Assembly (NCBI GenBank): GCA_964016885.1
Contig: OZ024763.1
Location: forward strand, 30,132,001-30,196,000
Source of the DNA: Eledone cirrhosa
Taxonomy: Eukaryota
Direction of reading: 5' to 3'
Length of the DNA stretch: 64,000 bases
The translations under genes and the position numbers were made by a program. Below, in pieces: positions 55,195-64,000 of this stretch. Under the pieces are notes generated by a model. It was given only the letters and a program-made list of their open reading frames with translations. It had not been told where the DNA came from and did no database searches. The number at the start of each line of letters is the position of its first letter. The first letter of the stretch is position 1.

Positions 55195-55230
55195 TCTTAA
55201 CATTTCGGACACTAGTCCTTCATCAGAAGA
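55195..55230 (-). ncRNA. Minimal type I hammerhead motif
   Basis: TCTT-CTGATGA-AGGACTAGTGTCC-GAAATGTT-AAGA. Confidence 0.72.
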
Positions 55231-57075
55231 TAGAATGAGAAATAAAAGATGAAATCAAAAGATAATGAGTAAGAAGAGGGAAGGAACAGAAAAATATTTT
55301 TGAGAAAAAGCACGTATTCAGTCAGCCATTTTGATATTCAATATTTCATTTATTAATAATTCTAAAACGTGTTTCATTACAAGATAATATTTTTGGCCTA
55401 TGAAATCTGATACAATATATACTATATATACTGCCAAAGAATATTGTTACTACATCTCATGTGTGTGTGTATGTGCGTATGTTGTATGTATGTATGGTTT
55501 GGGAATTTGGCTCACAATTATAAGGTCATAAGTTCGATCCCCAGTGCCGTGGTGTGTCCTTGAGCAAGACACTTTATTTCATGTTGCTCCAGTGTCCACT
55601 CAGCTGGCAAAAATGGGTTTTACCTGTAATTTGAAGGACCAACCGTCACATTCTGTGTCACACCAAATCTCCCTGAGAACTATGTTAAAGGTATGCATGT
55701 GTGTGGAATGCATACATTCCTGTATGTTTGTATGAATGCATGTACATATGTAGTTGATCAACCGAAACTAGTGTACACAGGATAGAAATACGTATAACAG
55801 GGAATATGTAACAAATAAGCGAGGCAAATCCTAAACTACTACTACTACTACTACTACTACTACCACTACTACTACTACTACTACCACCACTACTACTACT
55901 ACTACTACTGCTGCTACTATTATTACTACTACTATTACTACTACTGCTGCTACTAATACGCTACTACAACTATTATTACTACTACTACTGCTGCTGATGA
56001 TGATTTTTTTCTGGCTATTTCATGAGGTTATTGATTTCATCATATCATTTTTGACAAAATGGGTACCCCCCACCCTCAGCACACACAACACTACCCACAC
56101 CACCACAACCACTGCCAATACCATCATTACCACCATTGACAAATGAAAACCACCGCTGCCCCCACTGCCACACCAATTGTTCACCCATCTCCAGCCTCAG
56201 ACAGCTCCACCATACCACACCCCACCATACCACAACCACCACACCCTACCCCACACCACACCCCACCCCTGCCACTACCAATGTCACTTCACTAAACCAA
56301 GCATTGTTAGAGCTGTCACTTAGAAGGGTGGTGGCAGTGGTGGTGGTGGTGGTGGTGGTGGTGGCGGTGGTGAAAGTGCTGGTGGTGGTGGTGGTCTTGG
56401 TGGTGGTAGTGGTGGTGGTGATAGTAGTGGTGGTGGTGTTAGTGGTAATGATCATGGTGTTATTGGTGGTGATGGTGGTGGTGGAGGTAATGATATTGTT
56501 AGCAGTGGTGTTAATGATATTAGTGGTGGTGGTGGTGGTGGTGGTGGTGTTAATGGTATTAGTGGTTGTGGTGGTGGTGGTGGTGGTATTAGTGGTGGTG
56601 TTAGTGGTATTAGCGGGGGAGGAAATGTTGGGGAGGCGGGGAGCTGTTTAGATTGAGAAGAGTTATATCAGTGTTTAGTGGTCAGTGATGCTTGAAAACT
56701 ACAACAACAACAATGACAACAATGACAACAGCATCAACAACAACAATGACAGCCTCAATAACAACAACAACAACAACAGTAATAATAACCACAACAACAC
56801 CAATGACAACAACAATAACAGCCTCAATAACAACAACAACAACAGTAATAATAACCACCACAACAACAACAACAACAGTAATAATAACGACAACAACAAC
56901 AACAACAATAACAGCCACAATAACAACAACAACAACAACAATAACAGCCACAACAACAACAATATGAAGATATTCAAGAAGACAGCTATGGTGAGAAAAG
57001 ATAAAAGTGGTCTTTTCCAGTTTGGTGACAATCTATGATTGAGTGTGTCTCTCTCTCTCTCTGTATAGATGTGTG

Positions 57076-57110
<35 letters not shown>

Positions 57111-57181
57111 CTCTTTCTGTATAGATGTGTATATAAAATTATGGAAGGTTTTTTTTTTTTTAAAATATAAATAAAAAGCAG

Positions 57182-57800
57182 CCAGTCCACACTGTAAAGT
57201 GGTTGTGTAGGTGTCATGAGAAAAGGCACCCAGTCCACACTCTAAAGTGGTTGTGTAGGTGTCATGAGAAAAAGCACCCAGTCCACACTGTAAAGTGGTT
57301 GTGTAGGTGTCATGAGAAAAAGCACCCAGTCCACACTCTAAAGTGGTTGTGTAGGTGTCATGAGAAAAAGCACCCAGTCCACACTGTAAAGTGGTTGTGT
57401 AGGTGTCATGAGAAAAAGCACCCAGTCCACACTGTAAAGTGGTTGTGTAGGTGTCATGAGAAAAAGCACCCAGTCCACCACTGTAAAGTGGTTGTGTAGG
57501 TGTCATGAGAAAAAGCACCCAGTCCACACTGTAAAGTGGTTATGTAGGTGTCATGAGAAAGAGCACCCAGTCCACACTGTAAAGTGGTTGTGTAGGTGTC
57601 ATGAGAAAAAAGCACCCAGTCCACATTGTAAATGCTGTTGGCATTAGGAAGGGCATCCAGTCGTAGAAACCTAGCCAGAAACAGTCCTATATGAGCGAGA
57701 CACAATCACCTGACCCAACTTGCCTCAAATAGGACAACCCGTCTAACCCATGCTAGCATGGAAAATGGACATTAAATGATGATGATGATGATGATGATGA
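57182..57800 (+). repeat. 48-bp minisatellite (~9.5 copies) followed by an RTE-type 3' tail
   Basis: Unit CACCCAGTCCACACTGTAAAGTGGTTGTGTAGGTGTCATGAGAAAAAG; then TTAGGAAGGGCATCCAG...CATGGAAAATGGAC and (ATG)n. Confidence 0.9.
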
Positions 57801-57949
57801 TAAACACTTTCAAATAAACAGTTTTGTATTATGGAAGCAAGGTCAGTTTCAGGGGTTTGGTATCAAAAAGGGTTAAACTTTCAAATTTTGGTCTAAGTCA
57901 CAAAGGAATATATAAAACTAACAGGACTTCCTAAATTTTAGGGGTTTAA

Positions 57950-57984
<35 letters not shown>

Positions 57985-59120
57985 GGGATATTTGTTTTGT
58001 TTCCTGGAATCTTGTGTCCCCACTATTGTAACCCTACCCCTAATCTTCCAGTAAAACAGCAAGAGGGGGAAGTTTAGGGCTTTGCAATGACAAATATCTT
58101 TTTAAATAGAATGTTTTTTTTCTTCTTTTTCTTTTGTCAAGTCTAAAGAAATTTAGGACAACTAAAAAAAATGAAAAAAATAGGAATTTTACTCAACCTG
58201 TCAGTGAATGTGTGTGTGTCTCTGTGTGTGTGTCTCTGTGTGTGTGTGTGTGTCTCTGTGTGTGTATTTATAACATCTTCATCCACATTATTGCTTCCAC
58301 CTGCATCATTACACAACCACCACCACCACCACCATCAATTCTAAACACAACACCACCATCACCACCACTACTACAACAACAAAAACCACCACCACCATCA
58401 CTACAACAACAAGAATCCCACCACCATCAATTCTAAACACAACACCACCATCACCACCACTACTACTACAACAAAAACCACCACTACTATCATCATCATC
58501 ATCATCATCAACAACAACCCCACCACCACCATTAATTCCAAACACACCACCACCATCACTACAACAACAACAACACCAACAACAAAGACAGCCAGACCAG
58601 TCATTCACTGAAGCATGTTTTCAAGATAAACAGATCCTCTCTTCTCTATGGTCAGTGGTGACACCCCATTCCAACCACCACCACCCACCCACCACTACCA
58701 CCACCACCTTAACAACCACACATTGCAACCCCAGACCCTCACCGGAACACCCCCAACCACCCAACATTTCATGTCCTCCCCCACCTTCCTTTCCACTACC
58801 CCCAGGAGAGGGGGGGGGGGGCACTAGGGAGATTGGAGGTGAAGATGGTTTAGTGTTATGTGTGGCTTTTAAGATTTCTACCACCACCACCACCACCCCT
58901 GGTATATCTCTTTTCCCAGAATCCTCTTCCTGTTTTTCTTCCTCTCTTTCTCCTTTCTCTTCTTCCTTTTCTACAGTTTCCTTTCATCTTTTTTTCTTCT
59001 TCCCTCCTCTTTCATAGTAACACTGTTGTCACTAATGGATGCCTTTCCTATCAGCAAACACTTTACAGTATGGACTAGGAGCGGTTTATCATATATATAT
59101 ATATATATATATATATAAAG

Positions 59121-59158
<38 letters not shown>

Positions 59159-59263
59159 ATAAATATATATGTGTTTTGCAACGGGTCACTTTGTGGCTCA
59201 ATGAAGAATTAATAAATTAAATAATCAGAGCTATATATCATAAAACATGTCTATAGAATCACC

Positions 59264-59340
<77 letters not shown>

Positions 59341-59429
59341 GAGGAGGTTATAGAACAGATACTCTATACTATTTCCTGTCAGCATGGCTTGGCAAGATAT
59401 TTAGAACGCTGGTTTGAGACCTTTATTTC

Positions 59430-59464
59430 CCTCTGAAGAAGAGATATTATCTCGAAAATTAAGG
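59430..59464 (+). ncRNA. Minimal type I hammerhead motif
   Basis: CCT-CTGAAGA-AGAGATATTATCTC-GAAAATTA-AGG. Confidence 0.65.
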
Positions 59465-59969
59465 ACGTTTAAAATAAATCTAAGGTAAAAGACGAATTGT
59501 CAACAATATCTTTTGCAATTGCATTCTTTTTTCTATGTCCATACCTGCATTGTTTTGGCTTTATTATACATATTCAAACGTTTATATATATATATATATA
59601 TAACCAAAAGTTAAACAAGGTTCATTGATTAATCAATGAATATAGTTTTACAATAGATTAGAAGCACTCAACAAAGAAGTTTTCTGGAGTTATTAATATT
59701 AATTCAAAATATTAATAAATATAGACATTCATGTGATCAAATATAATCATATATTTGAACACATGAATGTCTATATTTATTAATATTTTGAATTTATATA
59801 TATATACACATATATACATATATATAAACAATGAGTTATTTTGTTTGTTGATTATTCAACAAAGTTAATTTTACAACAGATTAGAAGCACTCAACAGTAT
59901 TTATCCAGAGTATCATTAATATCAATAATATTAATAAACGGAAAATATCTTAATAAAACCATATTTATT

Positions 59970-60022
59970 TCATTATACGTATTTCTAGGGTAATAATATT
60001 TAAGTACGCTTTCGTCAGATAA
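59970..60022 (-). ncRNA. Type I hammerhead motif, degraded stem II
   Basis: TTAT-CTGACGA-...-GAAATACGTATA-ATGA; paralog of 60532-60589. Confidence 0.55.
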
Positions 60023-60531
60023 AATGTAATAATTGGTGTAAAGATAGTGACACATCTTCATGTGAACTTCATGTTATAAGTTCAGTGAGGATATATATAT
60101 ATATATATCATAAAACATGTCTATAGAATCACCAGATAAAATATATACTGTTTCCTCTCCCAATTAGCATAATTAACCACATAAAAAATCAATTAGACCA
60201 AGCTATAAGAATAAAGGCTCCTATGAAGAAATCTCCGACAAATAACTGGTGATTCTATAGACATGTTTTATGATATATAGCTCTGATTATTTAATTTATT
60301 AATTCTTCATTGAGCCACAAAGTGACCTGTTGCAAAACACATATATATTTATGACTTTAGATATATGTATATGTAAACCTTTATATATATATATATGCAA
60401 AAGTTTTATTTAAAATTGTTGGGTTACAACAAGTAAATATTTTATAACTGATATAAAGCACTCGACAAGTTTTGGGAGTAGATATACGATATTAAACAAA
60501 TGGAAACTATATTTATAAAACCATATTTATT

Positions 60532-60589
60532 TCATTATACATATTTCAGGGATACCATATTAAAAATATGGCATGCCTTCGTCAGATAA
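60532..60589 (-). ncRNA. Type I hammerhead ribozyme motif
   Basis: TTAT-CTGACGA-AGGCATGCCATATT-TTT-AATATGGTATCCCT-GAAATATGTATA-ATGA. Confidence 0.72.
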
Positions 60590-60828
60590 AATACAATATA
60601 TAAACAGTTTTATAAATAATTTTGACGTACCATAAATATAAGCGACCATTAAGGTAGGAAGCCAGCTTCCTACCTTAATTTCCATTTGTTTAATATCGTA
60701 TATATATATATATATATATGTATAAATATTTCGTATCTCCAAAGAAATACAGTTTTAGGAAGCCGTAGCTATGCAAACACCAGGGGCTAACACCCTCTGG
60801 GGAGGTCCAGCAGAAGCAAGGGGGACAA

Positions 60829-60870
60829 CCGTCTATGCATTTCAGGCTTAACTGGCCTTCGTCAGGATGG
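60829..60870 (-). ncRNA. Type I hammerhead ribozyme motif
   Basis: CCATC-CTGACGA-AGGC-CAGTTAA-GCCT-GAAATGCATA-GACGG; palindromic stem III ATGCAT. Confidence 0.75.
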
Positions 60871-61009
60871 TCCTTCCCACCGCTTGCGACTGCTGGACTA
60901 GAAGACAGCTGAGAATATATACTTTTCTCACCTGTGTAAATGAGGTGATTAACGATCGTAAAATAATGAGTTTTACTATGAATTAACCGTTTTTTGTTTA
61001 ATTTCATTG

Positions 61010-61047
<38 letters not shown>

Positions 61048-61134
61048 GGAAAATTTGAACAGGAACAAAACAGAGAGGCAGTACAACGAATGTTTATTAA
61101 TTTCACGCTCTTGAGAGTGGGGTGGTGGTGGGGA

Positions 61135-61166
61135 ACGACGTTTCGGGCATAAGCCCTTCTTCAGGT
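61135..61166 (-). ncRNA. Minimal type I hammerhead motif
   Basis: AC-CTGAAGA-AGGGCTTATGCCC-GAAACGTC-GT: canonical core and GUC site, but only 2-bp stem I. Confidence 0.65.
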
Positions 61167-61299
61167 GAAAAGTGTGTGGGAAGGGAGTTCAAAGGGTGTG
61201 TAGGGGAGTGGTGGAGAGACATATAGCAAAAGGGGGGTAGGAGGAAACGGTGCAAATGAAATTAAAAATAAAAGCCTGATCAAAATAAATATATATATA

Positions 61300-61360
<61 letters not shown>

Positions 61361-61529
61361 CTATGTAGTTAAGGAGTTTGCTTTGGAAGCATGTGGTTTC
61401 AGGTTCATTCCAATTGAGTGACACCTTGGGCAAGTTTTTCTAATATTTTCACGTGTGTGAGTGTGTGTGTGCATGCGCGCATGAATATTCACATACACCA
61501 CACACCACATACACTAATACCACAGACAC

Positions 61530-62990
61530 AACCACACTTACTACTAGTACCACCACCACCACCACCACCACCACCACCACCACCACTACTACTACTAAAT
61601 TCATCACCACCACTACCACCACCACCACCACTACTACCACCACCACCACAACTACTACCACCACCACCACCAATACTACTAAATCCACCACCACCACCAC
61701 TACTACTACCACTACTACCACCACCACACCACTACCACTACTACAACTACCACCACCACCACTACTACTACCACTACTACCACCACCACACCACTACCAC
61801 TACTACAACTACCACCACTACCACTACTACAACTACCACCACCACCACTACTACCACTACCACTACCACCACTACTACCACTACCACTACTACCACTACT
61901 ACAACTACCACCACCACTACTACCACTACCACTACTACCACTACTACAACTACCACCACTACTACCACCACCACTACCACCCTCTAATTATTAACTTTCT
62001 TATCTGCCTATTTGCACATCACAACAGACTAACATCTTTCTTTCTAAGGGGACATGTGTGTATATATATATATATAATGTCTGTGTGTGTATGTATATGT
62101 ATATATGTGTGTGTATATGTATATAGATATAAGTGTATGTATGTCTATGTGTGTATATATATATGTCTGCATATGTATATAGTACATATATATTTGTGTG
62201 TATATATATATGTATATATATATATATGTGTGTGTATATATATATGTATATACATATATGTGTGTGTGTGTACAGTGTATGTATGTGTGTATATATATGT
62301 GTATGTGGTTGTGTGTAGATGGGCCATTGTGTGTGAGATTTGTCTTGTCCAACTCCTCTCTCTCCTTCTTTCCTCCTCTCTCTCTCCTCACTCAATCATC
62401 ACTCTCTCCTCCACTCTCTCTCACTCTCCTCTCTCTCTCTCACTCACTCTCTCTCTCTCACTCTCTCTCACTCTCCTCCTTTTTCTCCTCTCTCTCTCCT
62501 CTCTCTCTCCTCTCTCTCTCATCACTCTCTCCTCCACTCTCTCTCACTCTCTCATCCTCTCTCTCTCATCACTCTCTCCTCTCTCTCTCCTCACTCTCCT
62601 CACTCTCTCTCTGACCCCTTCAATACATATGCAGCCATGTGGAACCATGTACATGCTTACTTACACACACACACACATCACATATGTACAGGTACACATT
62701 AACAGAAACATACACACACACACATGCATACACACATACACAAACACCACAACACATGTGGACAACCACACAAACACACAGGCATACACACAGACATCCA
62801 CACAAACACATATACATACACATCACAGACATCCATACACACACATACATACACATAAGCACTCATACACACACAGGCACAAAAGCACCCATACACACAT
62901 GCACACACACAGACACGCATCTACACACACACACACACACATGAACACACATCTACATACACACACATACACACACAGAACACAGATAAA
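61530..62990. repeat. Consecutive (CCA/CTA)n, (TA/TG)n, (CT)n and (CA)n tracts
   Basis: Directly visible. Confidence 0.95.
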
Positions 62991-64000
62991 AACCTTTCAG
63001 AAAGAAAAAAGAGGATTGTGTTTTTTCTTCAAACAAATGAAATATAAAACCACATTAAATATAATTAAAAAAATAATATAATGAATAAAAAAAAACACAT
63101 ATAATATAAAAAGTATATAAAAAAATGTTAAAAATATTTATTTAAGAAAAAAAAAACCTAAATTCCAGCAAAAACAATGAAAAAAACAGGTAAAAATATG
63201 AAGAAAAAAAATGCCAACAAGTGAAAGTCATAAAATGGGAATTTTCTGTGGTGGAGAATATTGATAGGGGATTAGAGAGGTTGTATCAGGGGAGATAATA
63301 CTGTAGGGTAATGGTGGCGAGAGGGTGGATAAGGGTGGAGGGGTGGAGGAGGAGGGTGAAGGGGAGGAGGTGGGTGAAGGAGCGAGAGGGGAGATAACTC
63401 AGTAGGGTAATGGTGGGTAGAGGGAGGAGGAGGAATGAAGGGGAGAGATGGGGAGGAAGGTGGCAGATGAAGGAGGGGGGAGGTAATACTGTAGGGTGAT
63501 GGTGGGTAGAGGGAGGAGGAGGAGGAGAGGGGATGAAGGGGTGGTGGAGGAGGAGAGATGAAAGTGGAGGGGAAAGATGGAGGGAGAGGGGGAAGGGAAG
63601 TAACTCGGTAGGGTAATTGTGGATAGAGGAAGGGAGGGAACTAAACAGAAACTCTAGCTACCTGAGAGATGGTTGTGAAGGGGGCTGGACATGGAATATA
63701 GCAGTAGATACATTATGGTTGGTGACTGATAGATAAAGATGGTAGTTTAGCCCTTTACCATTCACATTACTCTACATATACTGTTGTATTGTCATGGTAA
63801 AGGCTTTATCTCTCATGATATCTCACATAACATTTACATTACTCTATATAGGGGTTGACCTGAGATGTGAAGGCTCAATGGTCACAGATAGGAAAATCTT
63901 TGAACAGGGTTTTCTGATTAACTTGGGGTTCAAACAACAACAACAACAGGTGCTAAGAGGGTGATGGGGTACTGTATTTAATATTTGAGGGTGACATTGG

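Noticed and set aside
56685-57038. Asn-rich ORF ending MKIFKKTAMVRKDKSGLFQFGDNL
   Set aside because: Mostly (AAC)n; no splice or homology support.

Overview
AT-rich, microsatellite-saturated eukaryotic (animal) DNA; the repeat families suggest an octopod cephalopod (inference). Nearly all listed ORFs are artefacts of (TA)n/(CA)n/(TAG)n/(GGT)n tracts. Real coding content: an intact minus-strand RTE-clade LINE ORF (10869-14114; APE endonuclease, RT, and a C4HC3 PHD-like finger inside the RT), a probable terminal host exon (30141-30703, minus), and decayed CR1/L2-, CRE-, RTE- and Tx1-like fragments. Two tRNA-derived SINE families are dispersed. Standouts: (1) about 15 type I hammerhead-ribozyme motifs, folded by eye, in short non-coding elements that sit in (TA)n tracts and are often inversely duplicated (Penelope-like/retrozyme signature); (2) a 6 kb homogeneous array of 30 x 198 bp SINE units, each keeping A box, B box and one TTTT, with a 9-unit higher-order duplication; (3) four Tx1-like 3' ends, each flanked by (GATA)n or GACA/GATA tracts. 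Coordinates are hand-counted and may be a few bases off. No searches or folding programs were run.
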